Shown here one piece after another: positions 13,264 to 26,952 of a stretch of 64,000 nucleotides of DNA. The translations under genes and the position numbers were made by a program. The DNA is from Lingula anatina (Eukaryota; Animalia; Brachiopoda), in the NCBI GenBank assembly GCA_051362555.1, contig CM120643.1, positions 3,844,001 through 3,908,000 of the forward strand, written 5' to 3'. A model generated the notes under the pieces. It did no database searches, was not told the DNA's origin, and was given only the letters and a program-made list of their open reading frames with translations. Numbering within the stretch: position 1 is the first letter of the stretch; each line of letters begins with the position of its first letter.

Positions 13264-15645
13264 ATGTACAGACACAGAAGTGTCTGTACATATTGCCATC
13301 ACCTGCGTCTGTCGTCGCCGATGCCGTCGCCGATGCCGATGCCGGCGCCGTGCACTTTCCTTGTTAACACGATAAGTGGAGGGCAGTTTTACTTTTTGGC
13401 TTTATATTTACAGAGCTGATGAATATTCATAAAACACAGGTCAAGTTCGAAAGTCAGCATGATCGGGCCATTATTGTAGAAGTTATGCTGTTTTTTCACT
13501 TTTCAGCATATATGCAACCCTGTTAACACATTTTAAGGAAAACTGATAGGCCTGTTGTCATGAAACTCACAGGAGTAATCAATCTTACTAAAACGCAGGT
13601 CAAGTTCGAAAATCGGCATGATCGGGCCACTATTTTAGTAGTTATGCTGTTTTTTCACTTTTTAGCATATATGCAACATTGTTAACACATTTCAAGGACA
13701 ACCGATAGGCCTGTTGTCATGAAACTCACATTAGTAATCAATCTTACTAAAACGCAGGTCAAGTTCAAAAATCAGCATAATGGGGCCATTATTTTATAAG
13801 TTATGCTGTTTTTTCACATTTCCTCAGATTCAATTCTTTGGCATGTTAACAGTCTCATTATTTAACTTATAAGATATGTAAATGTGTTTGTTTGACATTT
13901 CCTGCAACTTTACAACATTGTTAGTTGATTATGTAAAAATGATGGTAAACTTGTTATCATGTATTGTATAATAGAGTTTCAAAAATGGAAAAAAACTCAT
14001 ATCATTGCAGTTTGTCAGATTAATTCATTCACTATGTTCAGAAACTCGGAATGGAGGAAATTGGACATTAAACACTGTTCTATTGATATTTTTCCCATGT
14101 CATCAATTTTATTAGTTGATCATATAAAAATGGCAGTAAACTGTTAATTTTGTTATATGTAAAACAATTGTTAAAAATGGAAAAAAACACATTTCAGGAC
14201 AGTGCTGTCTTGTTTACATTTTGGCATTTTCAAGGTGTGACTTTGAAGTTACATGGGCCTGAAGACCTTTGCTTGTCACATTTTCTGAATATCCATGATA
14301 CTAATATTTTATTATTAACAAGGCAGCAAAGCTGTCAAATGTACAGACAAAAAGCAGGAAATAACAAAATAGGCTACTGTCAATTCTGATGCAAAAGTAC
14401 ATTATGTTAAACTGCAAATTCAACATCAAATTTTAATTATGCTCAACAGGTAATACCAATGTAAGTAAAATGTGAAACAAGCATAAGGCTTCAGGCCCAT
14501 GGGAGTTCAAGTTCACACTTTGAAAATGTAAAACTTCCAGAAAAAGAAGTCAATTAGACTGCTTTTCCAACTCAGGCTGCATTTTAGTCCTGTATTTCTT
14601 TTTTGAAAGTTTGGCAATCATAAGTAACATGGTTTTCCCATAATGGTCATCATGGCAGCAGCACCCAAAATTGTGTTTTCTTCTATTCTGATGCAATATT
14701 ACATAATGGTTAACAGCATAATGACAATCAATTTTTAATAACAAAATATATGTATCATGGATTTTCAGAAAATGTGACTAGCCTGGGTCTTCAAGCCTGT
14801 GGAACTTCAAAGTCACACCTTGAAAATGCCAATATGTGAAAAATTAAATTTTCACAAAAAAACTGTTTAACTAGCAGAAAGAATTACCAAACAGACTGCA
14901 TTGCCTACTGAAGCTGTATTTTAGTCCCATGTTTCTTTCCTGTAAGTTTGAGAACAGTAAGTGACATGGTTTTTCTTAAATGGTCATCATAGACTGCTTT
15001 TCCAACTCAGAAAATGTGACTAGCCTATCGGTTTTCCTTGAAATGTGTTAACAGTGTTGCATATATGCTAAAAAGTGAAAAAACAGCATAAATTCTACAA
15101 TAATGGCCCGATCATGCTGATTTTCGAACTTGACCCGCGTTTTATGAATATTAGTCAGCTCTGTAAATATAAAGCCAAAAAGTAAAACTGTCTTCCACTT
15201 ATAGTGTTAACGCTGAAAGTGCACGGCAACGGCGACGGCGACATGATCGGCGACGGCGACGACAGACGCAGGTGATGGCAATATGTACAGACACATCTGT
15301 GTCTGTACATAAAAATTGATGGTCATTATGCTGTTAAACATTATGTAATATTGCATCAAAATTTGAAGAAACCCCTATTTTGGACACTGCTCCCATGATG
15401 ACCATTTAAGGAAAACCATGTCACTTACTGTTCTCAAACTTATAGGAAAGAAACATGGGACTAAGATACAGTTTAATTAGGCAATGCAGTCTGTCTGGTA
15501 ATTCTTTCTGGCAGTTAATCGTTTTTTTGTGAAAATTTAATTTTTCACATATTGGCATTTTCAAGGTGTGACTTAGAACCTCCACGGGCTTGAAGACCCA
15601 TGCTAGTCACATTTTCTGAAAATCCACGATACATATATTTTATTT
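13264..15645 (+). mobile_element. HINE family-1 copy, interrupted by an inverted copy and by a further copy at 15646
   Basis: 5' hairpin atgtacagacac-agaa-gtgtctgtacat, (gccgat)n microsatellite, ~160-bp arrays; colinear with 492-2340. Confidence 0.8.
14317..15311 (-). mobile_element. Inverted, internally deleted HINE family-1 copy with both termini
   Basis: Starts aacaaggcagcaaagctgtcaaatgtacagaca (reverse complement of the 3' end) and ends atgtacagacacatctgtgtctgtacat. Flanks rejoin as tattttattatt|aaaaattgatggtc. Confidence 0.85.
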
Positions 15646-17418
15646 TGTACATATTGCCATCACCTGCATCTGTCGTCGCCGTCCATGTTGCCGTCGCCGT
15701 GCACTTTTATCATTAACACCATAAGTGGAAGACAGTTTTACTTTTTGGCTTTATATTTACAGAGCTGATGAATATTCATAAAACGCAGGTCAAGTTGGAA
15801 AATCAACATGATCGAGGCATTATTGTAGAAGTTATGCTTTTTTTTTTTTTCACTTTTCAGCATATATGCAACACTGTTAACACAATATAAGAAAAACGTA
15901 TAGGCCAGTTGTCATGAAACTCACAGGAGTGGTTAATCTTACTAAAATGCAGGTCAAGTTCGAAAATCGGCATGATCGGGCCACTATTTTAGTAGTTATG
16001 CTGTTTTTTTCACTTTTCAGCATATATGCAACACTGTTAACACAATATAAGAAAAACAGATAGGCCAATTGTCATGAAACTCACAGGAGTGGTTAATCTT
16101 ACTAAAACTCAGGTTGAGTTTGAAAATCAGCATAATCGGGCCATTATTTTAGAAGTTATGCTGTTTTTTCACATTTCCTCAGATTCAATTCAATTCTTAG
16201 GCATGTTAACAGTTTCATTATTTAATTAATAAGATACGTAAAAGTGTTTGTTTGACATTTCCTGCATCTTTACAACATTGTTGGTTGATTTTGTAAAAAT
16301 GATGGTAAACTTGCTATCGTGTATTGTGTAATAAAGTTTCAAAAATGGAAATAAACTCATATCATTGCAGTTTGTCAGATTCAATCATTCACTATGTTCA
16401 GAATCTCAGAATGGAAGAAATTGGACATTAAACACTGCTCTATTGATTTTTTTCCCATCTCATCATTTTTTTTTTTAGTTGATCATATATAAATGGCAGT
16501 AAACTGTTAATTTTGTTTTATGTTAAAAATTGTTAAAAATGTGGAAAAAAACATTTCAGAACAGTGCTGTCTTGTTTACATTTTGGCATTTTCAAGTTGT
16601 GACTTTGAAGTTCCATGGGCCAGAAGACCTTTGCTTGTCACATTTTCTGAATATCCATGATACTAATATTTTATTAGAAATTAATGGTCATTATGCTGTT
16701 AAACATTATGTAATATTGCATCAAAATTAGAAAAAAAAACTATTTTTGGGCACTGCTACTATGATGACCATTTAAGAAAAACCATGTCACTTACTGTTCT
16801 CAAACTTACAGGAAAGAAACATGGGACTAAAATATAGCTTCAGTAGGCAATGCAATCTGCCAGTTAAACAGTTTTTTTTTGTGAAAATTTAATTTTTCAC
16901 ATATTGGCATTTTCAAGGTGTGACTTTGAAGTTCCACAGGCTTGAAGACCCAGGCTAGTCACATTTTCTGAAAATCCATGATACATATATTTTGTTATTA
17001 AAAATTGATTGTCATTATGCTGTTAACCATTATGTAATATTGCATCAGAATAGAAGAAAACACAATTTTGGGTGCTGCTGCCATGATGACCATTATGGGA
17101 AAACCATGTTACTAATGATTGCCAAACTTTCAAAAAAGAAATACAGGACTAAAATGCAGCCTGAGTTGGAAAAGCAGTCTAATTGACTTCTTTTTCTGGA
17201 AGTTTTACATTTTCAAAGTGTGAACTTGAACTCCCATGGGCCTGAAGCCTTATACTTGTTTCACATTTTACTTACATTGGTATTACCTGTTGAGCATAAT
17301 TAAAATTTGATGTTGAATGTGCAGTTTAACATAATGTACTTTTGCATCAGAATTGACAGTAGCCTATTTTGTTATTTCCTGCTTTTTGTCTGTACATTTG
17401 ACAGCTTTGCTGCCTTGT
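15646..17418 (+). mobile_element. HINE family-1 copy lacking the first arm of the 5' hairpin
   Basis: Begins tgtacatattgccatcacctgc and ends tgtctgtacatttgacagctttgctgccttgttt. Confidence 0.8.
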
Positions 17419-17741
17419 TTTACATGAAGTCATGGCAAAACATCAGATGCATATTAGCAATTTTTTGAAAGTACAAATTTCTGTGAATATGAGGAAGCTG
17501 CCAAGTTGGACTTTGCCCAGGACCACTGCGAGTTTAGACATGCAAACAAACAGCCCTTTTTGCCAGGAAAAGGTTCCCTCTGGGTAAATTTTCATTTAGG
17601 TACACAATGGTTTCATGGTAAAAGGTCCACTTTTTTTAGGAAAAAAAAAACTTTTGAAATAGCTGGTTACAGGCCAGTTGAATGTTTATAATGAGTGTTT
17701 CTCTTTTTTGTTTTTTCAGCTCAGGCAAACAGTTTGACAGA

Positions 17742-18688
17742 GTGGTCAAATCTGAAAATGCAGCGATTCTCAATGAGATAGCACAGAAAACCCTCACTGA
17801 CCCAACACTTATCAAACTTGGAGGGAGAATCTCAACAGGAGATTGGAATCAGCAATCTATACAGAAAAGATGAGGACATTGAACCATACTGGGACATCCT
17901 AGAAGCACACAAACATATACCCATGTTTAACAAAGCACAAGCAAAATTACCACCGAGAATAGAGCAATGGGTGATGGACTTACAAGATGTTGACTATGAA
18001 GTGGTATATGAGCCAGGAAAGAATGATGCAGACCCAGATTATCTCTCCAGACACCCACTGCCACAAATGGGTGGTCATAGTACAGAGAAGATGATCAGAT
18101 GGATGGTCAAATCTGAAAATGCAGCGATTCTCGTTGAGATAGCAGAGAAAACACTCACTGACCCAACACTAATCAAACTTGGAGGGAGAATACACTCATT
18201 ATACGTGACTATGTTTTAGTTAAACAGAACAAAAGAAACAAACTCTCAACACCATATGAACTGATTTTCTATGTCGTCATGGAAATACATGGTTCTCAAG
18301 TTACTGCCAGAAGAGTTACAGACAGAAGAACAATCTGCAGAGACACAAGTCAATTCAAACTGTGTAACAATGTCATAAACACAACAGATGATGTAATGAA
18401 AATTCCAGCAGACTTGTATTTGAAAGAAAACACAAATGAGATGAGAAGACAAGATGATGCATATGAATTGCAACTTAGTGATATATTACAGTGAAAAGTG
18501 ACATTGCAGCAACAGACACACACAATATTCCAAACTTAGATGATATTGCATTAAATACAGAGAATTCAGTTGATGAGAAGATGACACAGCAAGAGAAAAA
18601 CAGTGATCATATTGAAGAACCAATTTACACCAGACCAAAGAGAACAACCAGACAACCAGGTTACTTTAAAGATTTTGTATTAAAGTAA
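17742..18688 (+). pseudogene. Ty3/Gypsy LTR retrotransposon pol remnant (RNase H C-terminal part and integrase C-terminus), deleted and frameshifted
   Basis: PRIEQWVMDLQDVDYEVVYEPGKNDADPDYLSRHP matches the Gypsy RNase H end (Rl.rW...Lq.ydy.i.Y.PG..N.aD.LSR). GSQVTARR..RD.SQFK and RPKRTTRQPGYFKDFV match typical Gypsy integrase tails. Confidence 0.85.
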
Positions 18689-18708
18689 CAGTACAATCAT
18701 TTGTATGT

Positions 18709-19152
18709 AATCAGGATGAAGGCGGATCGCTGTCCTACAAAAAAAGTAATCTGAGATAATTGATATTTAATCAGGATGAAGGCGGATCGCTGTCCTAAAA
18801 AATGTAATCTGAGATAATTGATATTTTATCAGGATGAAGGCGGGTCGCTGTCCTAAAAAAAAGTAATCTGAGATAATTGATATTTAATCAGGATGAAGGC
18901 GGATCGCTGTCCTAAAAAAAAGTAATCTGAGATTTTTTCCAATGTAATCAGGATGAAGGCGGTTCGCTGCCCTGAAAAAAAGGAATCTGAGATAATTTAT
19001 ATTTAATCAGGATGAAGGCGGATTGCTGTCCTGAAAAAAGTAATCTGAGATAATTTGTATTAATTCAGGATGAAGGCGGATCGCTGTCCTAAAAAAAGTA
19101 ATCTGAGATAATTTATATTTAATCAGGATGAAGGCGGATCGCTGTCCTGAAA
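18709..19152 (+). repeat. ~59-bp minisatellite x8 in the Gypsy 3' UTR
   Basis: tcaggatgaaggcgg at ~18710, 18770, 18828, 18887, 18947, 19006, 19064 and 19123. Confidence 0.95.
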
Positions 19153-20668
19153 AGCTTGAGCATATAGCACTCAAGATGTGACTTTATACAATATGAAAAC
19201 TGAAAATTCATTAGGATTCAGAATATTCAAGGATAATGTTTGACAAAGACTGTTTTTTTCAAAAGTTTATATGTTGTAGAAAAAAGTTATGGTTGGGAGG
19301 AATGTTATATCCAATACATGGCTGCCCATTAGTCGCGTCTTGACCGGGGCCACCACCTGGTGGATGACATGGTAATGGGAACAAGTGTGAAAGAATCACA
19401 TGGCGAGTGAGACCCACATCACCTGGTCATAACAGATGATATGTATTTGACCCAAGGTGGAGCAGTGGTCATTGCCCACAGTCACCCATCACCATGCCAA
19501 AAACGCCTCCTTGCAGGTAGTGCACAAAATTATTGCTTGGTTTTGTTTTACTTGTACTAGTTGTGTTACAATAGATAATTTGTCTTCTGTCCTTCTCGTG
19601 TAGATCAACAAACCAGTTATCATATTTTGTGTTTCCTTTAAATTTAGATAATTTTTTTCACTTTTCTTATGTTACTCTTCACAAAATATATTCTACGAGG
19701 CACAGTCAACTGATATACTTATCCCAGATTATTACAGGTGTTAGGCAATTTGTGTGCTAATTTCACAAAAATTCCAGAAGATTTGGCAGAATTCTGTTTA
19801 TTTAACTATGTTTAATCTAAGATTGTTCTCAACTCAGCAGTCACAATTGTGCCCAGCAGCCTCCAAAATACATTTTAAACTTGTCTCGGTCCAGTCACCA
19901 CAACTGTGATGTCTGTCATATTAGGTGGACAATTGGCAGTATATTGTAGGTTTAATATTCTGCTGACTCTTGTGGACTGTCAGGGTTCTGTCTTTTATTA
20001 AGATAATTTATGTTACTTGATTAATATAATCTTTTGTCTCTTTTTCCAGCTCGTCTCCATACAGTTGTGTCTTCTAGGTGAACTGACTTTACCTGGCTGA
20101 ACATAGGGGACATGTATTGTAAATATGAAGACGACAGGAAATAGAAGCTGCAGGAATATCCCTTCATCTCACACAGTTGTGCAAGACACAGGAAGTTTCA
20201 GGATGAATGGGTTGTGAAGAGCCAGAGACAGGACAGCCATGGTAAACAGGTAACTGGACTTCTTGCAGGTAGTACACAAAATGAACAACTGGTTTTCTTT
20301 TTCAAGTCACAACAGGTATAATTGGTCTTCTTTCGTACCTCTGTAGAGACACAAGACAAGTTATCACAAGTTTTGGATTTGAATAATTTTTAATGTGACT
20401 TAAAAAGCATGGGTTTTGTAATTACCACACTTCTTTATTTTAAAAACTTTAAATTGTAATGTGCATTGAAGCTTTATAGTTGTTAAGGGCATTTTTTATC
20501 CACATCTCTCATTTGTTACCAGTGCATTTGTTTAATTTGATCCATTAATTATTTATGCACAAAGCATCTAAAAAATGAATACTTCAACTTATTAATAAAT
20601 ATTGTACATGTGCATTTTACTCTTTATATATAGTGGCTAAAGGACATGTTCCTTTGTTGGCTGGACTG

Positions 20669-20820
20669 CTGGGCTCCGTATCTCGAAAGGTTCGCTATGT
20701 TGCGCACGTGCGCAAGTGTCTCGATTCCATGGCCCCGTATCTCGAAATAGAATAGGTTATGGAATCGAGACACTTGCGCATGTGCGCAACATAGCAAACC
20801 TTTCGAGATACGGAGCCCAG
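20669..20820. mobile_element. Fold-back MITE, 62-bp arms (60/62 match), 28-bp spacer
   Basis: ctgggctccgtatctcgaaagg...cctttcgagatacggagcccag. Confidence 0.85.
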
Positions 20821-21446
20821 GATATTTATTACCCTTTGAGCATTAGCGGTCAAGTGGTTGATTAACTTGTTAAATGAATGTTTATCTTTTTTCTAGTTCA
20901 CACACATGGTTTGACAGTTGTTGTACATGTTGTTGTTGTGAAGCATCTCCATAGTGGCCTGCTTGATATGGTCAGTTTGGGACGAAATGTATTGGACCCA
21001 AAGTGGAGCAGTGGTCATTACTTCCCTGGGATGACCCATTGTCATGACAGTAACTGGACTGCTTGCAGGTGCTACACTTAACTAATGGTTGATATTGTTT
21101 TACAAGTCACATGACAGTATATAATTGGTCTCTTAGTCTTCCTCCTTTGAGAGAAAAAAAGCATTAATCGCATTTTGTTCCCTTAAAGTTTGAGTAATTT
21201 TGTCATGATTTAAATTTTATGTTAGTAATTTCCTTAGTGACTTCTCTCAAATTACTCCTCAGAAAATGTCTTTCAATTAGTCCAGCCAATTGATATCATT
21301 ATTCCAGAATTTTTCAATTGTTAGGCAGATTGTGTGCAAATGTCACAAAAATTCCAACAGATTTGGCAGTGTTCTGTTTATTAAACTATGTTCAATCTGA
21401 GAATGTGCTGGTCTCAGCAGTCACAATTGTGTCCAGCAAATAAAAC

Positions 21447-23210
21447 CAGTTTAAAAACAAACCAGGTCGTTTTGAATTGTGATTTTGTAAAGATAATAAG
21501 AAAAGTTCATGCTCTTACCCTCGATTTCAAAGGATTATTGAAATATGCTAAAATTTTAATGAAATATGTTCACGATTTTGAATTTTGAAAATAAAATCGT
21601 TCTCAAAATGAGTATCGTAGGGGGTGGGACTATGTTGCGAGAAAAAAGTTTCCGGGCCTAAATTTATCTCATTTTTAGATATAAGTTAAAACACCACCTA
21701 AGGTTTAAAATTTCAAAGTTTCAAGAACGTGTTATTTCTTGTATTGTCACCAGAAGAAAAAATCCAAGATGCAGCTAAGATAATGACGAAAAAATGGCGG
21801 TCTCAGACCGTCGCAAAAAGAACATTTATTTGCAGGTTACATCTTTATTAAAAATATCAACACATGTATCATTTCAAAGAAAAACGATCAAGTAATATTT
21901 CTGTCACTGTACCTTTCGTGTATGCGTTCCTGGAAAGTTTTACAATGACCTTGAACTACTAATGCATTATGTTGACCTAGCTATTTATAAAACAACGCGC
22001 ATATTTGTAAAAAAAGTATCCAAAAAGTATCAAAGATTCAAATGCCACATTCCAAATAGCAGGGTAGCTTAGTGCATTATTGCAAAATAAAGGGGTGTGT
22101 GGGAGTTAAAGAAGAACCAAGATTTTAGAATAAATCGCTTAAGATTTGATTTGCCGTACTACAGTACGTATACGTAGCCTAAACCGGTATGTACCGGTAT
22201 ATGCGTTTTTGATGATATCTTAAGTTGGAAAATGTTGGATTTCTACGGCAAGTTAGTTTTTCTTTCCCATTAAAAGTCATTTTCTTGTTCTTGTTTCCTA
22301 CTAATTAAACTCCTCCACACCACATGAAAAATATTGAAGCAGTTATCATTATGAAGTCGGTTAAGGTTCATTATTTTACTATGAATAAACAACAAACTAC
22401 ATGTATATTGGCAGAGCCGCAGTCCGTAATGGTAAACAGAATTTAAATGTTATGTTCAGTCTACTCGTAACTCAGGATTGTGCAGATAAGCTTTATGGCA
22501 GAAAATTTCGTGGAGGATTCGCAACCGACTTGACTTGTGCAGGTGCGATATAACGATAAAACATTTTCTTTTGAAATAAGACATCTAGAAAGGTAAAATG
22601 ATTTTAACGCCTTAAATATCATTTATTTAACTTAAAAGGGACATTTTATTGTGCAAACAAATGATAAGTATATTGATTCTCGAAATTTAGTGAAATCTTC
22701 AGACCTTCACTTGCTTCTGTATTGGAGAATATGACGTCAGAATATGGCTGACATCTAGCGGAATAGAGTCAAAAACTCACTTCAACAGCTCGCATAAAAA
22801 GTTTCCGATTATATCTTTCGATGAAACTTGACTCGTATTTGTCGTTTTGAAAAAGCAACATTTTACGGAATTTACTAGGACGTGTTATTTCTAATAAAGG
22901 AGATATCTCAATTTGTTACAGTGTTGCTACGGCCAAAAATTGACCCGTTGGCCGACTTCCTCGAGTTCTAACTCATTCATTTCTGCTTATTTATAGGTAA
23001 ATCGCAGACGTAGAGACGCGTAGTGAACTCTGCTATCACGTCTTAATTCTTCAGAAGCAAGTATAACGGCAATTAAGCAAAATTCATGAATTCCCGCGAT
23101 GGTTACGCAATTTACAAAATTTCAACCACGACGTCATCTCAGCGCACGCGCTCCGTTCTGAATATTTTCCTACGCGCGGCCAGTTGCCATATGACTGCAA
23201 AAGGCAAGGT
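21447..23210. mobile_element. ~1.77-kb unclassified CpG-richer insertion
   Basis: Its flanks (cagcagtcacaattgtgtccagc | catttttaactt...caccacaac) are nearly contiguous in the paralogous segment at 19836-19905. Confidence 0.55.
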
Positions 23211-24021
23211 CATTTTTAACTTATCACAGTTCAATCACCACAACAATGATGTCTACCATATAAGGTGGGCACTTGGCAGTGTACCATAGTTTTAATATTT
23301 TTCCCAACAGGCTCTGGTGGACTGTCAGGTTTTTGTCTTTTCTTTGTATTAAGATAATTAGTGTTCCTTCACTTATACATTGTCATGTCTCTTTTTCCAG
23401 CTCCAGTCTCCATTCAGCATGGTGTCTTCTAGGTGAACTGACTTTACCTGGCTGAACATGGAGGACATGTCTTTCATATGAAGCAAAAATGAACAGACAG
23501 CAACAGAAACATCTTCATCTCACCCAGTTGTGCAAGACATTGGATGTGGCAAGTTTTAGGATGAATGAACAGCCAGAGACAGGACAGCCATGGAAAACAG
23601 GTGACTTGACCTCTTGCAGATAGCAGACAAATGTTTGTGGTTGTTTTTTATACAAATAAGGATAGGTAAGTTGTTTCTCCTCTTTCCTTTGTGTAGAGAC
23701 ACAAACACCAATGATTATTTCAATATAGAAAGCATGGATTATTATGAATAAAATATCACTGCTTTAATTGTAATGTGAATTTGTTTTATTGTCATAAAGT
23801 GCACAAAACACATAAAATGAATACTTATATTTTTATTTGATCTCATTACATATGAGCAATAACTAGATGTATATCAAGCATGGTGATACAAAAATGATAT
23901 TGTGCATTTTACAAAAGCATCCTGTATATGAATAGTGTATCCTAATAATAGTTTGCACTATATTACAGAGATGATCCAGTTGCATTGCAAACATTTACAC
24001 TCATTTCATTTATGTTTTTAG

Positions 24022-24195
24022 CAAATACACTTCTGGAATTGTGTAAAGAGCTGCTGGCAGACCAAGAGGTCAATTTTATCCAGAGTGAGAGAGAGTGCTG
24101 CCAGATTCACCCAGAACAAGACTCCAAACACGGCAGATCCTGTGGAGCCAGTTATATGGAACAGTACAATTACACAACAAATGTGGGTTCCAGGT
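24022..24195 (+). pseudogene. P-element/THAP9-like transposase C-terminal fragment, copy 1
   Basis: ELCKELLADQEVNFIQSERECCQIHPEQDSKHGRSCGAS resembles the P-family lSerf.QDplE.yF..qR..gG motif. It follows a pyrimidine-rich AG acceptor. Confidence 0.5.
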
Positions 24196-24770
24196 AACAC
24201 AAAGAATCAATTTCCCCCCATATGCATGGAAACTTTAGAGGCAGGGTATATAAAGCAAGGAGATTGTGTTGGACAATACTCTATCACTGAAGGCAAACAG
24301 ACACAGTGGAAATGTTTAAAAGTGAGTTGATATTTCAGCTCAATTGTGATGTGTTATAATAATTTTCCCCATATGCATGGAAACTGTTACAGTACTAGTA
24401 GAGGTAGCATATACAGTGAGATTGTGGTAGACAATGAGCCATCACTGAAGAGAACAAGAAATCAGTGAAAATGTATAAATGTTAATATATATTTCAATGC
24501 AGATTTGATGTATTATAGATGATCTCTGTTATTGTGAGGTCATTAAGTTGCCCAATGCAAATTTTATCAGGTATTTATTATATACAGTCACTTTCAGTCT
24601 GTCTATATTCTGATCACTGTGTCTGTCCAGTGTCATTGCCGTAGTCAGCACTTTGTGACATGTAGATATGTTTGTCTGTCTGTGTTTCTGATTCTGAATT
24701 TTATTTTAATAACTAAATATTGTCATTTTGTGAATTAATGAAATTGTTGTAAGTTCACTGTTAAATGATT

Positions 24771-26140
24771 TTTTAGTTGACGTGGGATATGAGTCACCGT
24801 TACCGCTTCTCCTCCTAGACCGCAAGGACCTGTGTCCCCATCTCTTGGATTTAGGTCACATATAATCTCAACTTGAACCCCCAGGTTTTTTTGTCTCAGT
24901 TGGTGCATTGACCTGGGCGTGACGCTCGTTGAAATGCACCCTTGTCAAAAATTTTGAAAATTCAATGCTAAATATCTCCCAAACCAATGGAATTATGGGA
25001 AAAATTACTACAGATGGCTGACCAAAAGTCATATGTGAGGATTTCAAATATGCCCTTGGATTTGACCTTTGACCTTTATTTCAAGGTCAAACGGGCCAAA
25101 ATTTTCTAAAAATGGGAATTTTTTGCGAGAAATTTTTATTTCAGCCGATATTCAGAAATGAAACACATCTTACCCATAATATTATGGGCAGGTGTTACCC
25201 TTAGGGTCATCTTTTATTTTCATGAGTTTGGGGTCAGTCGGTGCATTTTCATGGTAGATGCCGAAACTGAAAATTCTCTCTAATTCTGGAACCGTTAATG
25301 CTAGAGACCTCTTGTTTTTTGCATTTTGTAGAACTTGTCAAGGGCAACACTGGGGGTGGTGTCCATTTTTTTTGTTTTTGATACGGCTTAGGCATTGCAC
25401 TATATCAAAAAGTTCAACATCCAAAATTCAGTGGTGAAAATAAAATGTAAATTACTCAAAAATTAGCAGAGATAAGCCCTTAGTTACTATTGAACTTGAA
25501 TAGGAAGTCATATACTGATAATCTAACTGTGACCTTGAAAATGACCTTTGACCTACTTTTCATGATGAACTGCACTTTGCAAGTTTGCTGATCTTTATAT
25601 CTCCAAAACTGGCAAAGATATGCCCATAGTTACTATTGAATTTGAAAAGGAAGTCATGTACTGGCAATCTAAATGTGACCTTGAAATTGACCTTTGACCT
25701 ATTTTTTATGATGAACTGTGCATGTTTTCTGGCCTTTACATCTCTACAATTGGCAGAGATATGTCCATAGTTACTGTTGGCAATCTAACTGTGACCTTTT
25801 AATTGACCTTTGACCTACTTTTCACCATGAACTGAACTTTGCAAAAATTATCTCCCTTATATCTCGAAAACTGGCAGAGATACACCCATAGTTACTATTG
25901 AACCTGAACAGGAAGTCATATACTGGCAATCTAACTGTGACCTTGAAATTGACCTTTGACCTACTTTTTATGATGAACTGTACTTTGCATGTTTTCTGGC
26001 CTCTTTATCTCCAAAATTAGCAAGGAGATACCCATAGTTACTATTTAACTTGAATAGGAAATCATATACCATGAACTGACCTTTGCATATTTTCTTGCCC
26101 CTCATATCTTCAAAACTAGCAGAGATATGCTCAGTGTTGC
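24771..26140 (+). mobile_element. HINE-like insertion with a 120-145-bp tandem array (25460-26130)
   Basis: Starts ttttag in a T-run. atagttactattgaa...ggaagtcat...tgaccttgaa..tgacctttgaccta repeats ~5 times. Termini only partly resolved. Confidence 0.55.
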
Positions 26141-26952
26141 CTTTACATTTTCTCTTTTGTCAGCATAATTATATGCAACACTGATAACACATTTCAAGGA
26201 AAACCAATAGGCCTATTGTCTAGAAAATCACAGGAGTGATCAATGTTAGGAAAATACAGGCCAATTGGAAAATCCGCTTGATTGGACCAATTTTATGTTA
26301 TGTTTTTTCATTTTTTTTTTTGCATATTTTGAAAATTCTTGTTTATTGCATAGAGCTTGTCAAGGACAAGACTGGCTGTGGTGTCCCTTTTTTTTTTTTG
26401 GGGGGGGGGGGGTGGTTCCATTCGAATGCGCTTACTCCAGCTGGTGGTACAATATCCGGAGGTGGTATCGCCTCTCTGATCCTCTAGTTTGTTTCCCCTC
26501 TTTCCTTTGTGTAGAGACACAAACACCCAATTGTTACATTTGGGGGGGGGAGGGGGGTGTGAAATGATTATTTCAAAGTGGAAAGCATGGATTATTATTA
26601 TTAAAATTAATGTTTCACTGCTTTAATTGTAATGTAAGTTTAATTTTTATAGTCATTGAATAGTTTTATCAATCACAGCTGTCATTTGTTCAGAATTTGA
26701 ACCAATTCGTCTTGTACACACAAAACACATAAAATGAATACTTTTATTTTAATTTGATCACCATTACATATGAGAAGTATCAAATAAATATCTAGTATCG
26801 TGATGCAAAAATAATTTTGTGCATTTTACAAAAGCATCCTATATATATGAATAGTGTATCATTAGATGGTTCCTAATAATAGTTTGCACTATATTACAGA
26901 GATGATCCAGTTGCATTGCAAACAGTTACACTCATTTAATTTATGTTTTTAG

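Noticed and set aside
14550-17186. Identical 64-aa ORFs on opposite strands
   Set aside because: By-product of inverted HINE copies; no protein features.
18709-19152. CRISPR-like repeat/spacer appearance
   Set aside because: The spacers are near-identical, there are no cas genes, and the context is eukaryotic and Gypsy-derived; it is a plain minisatellite.
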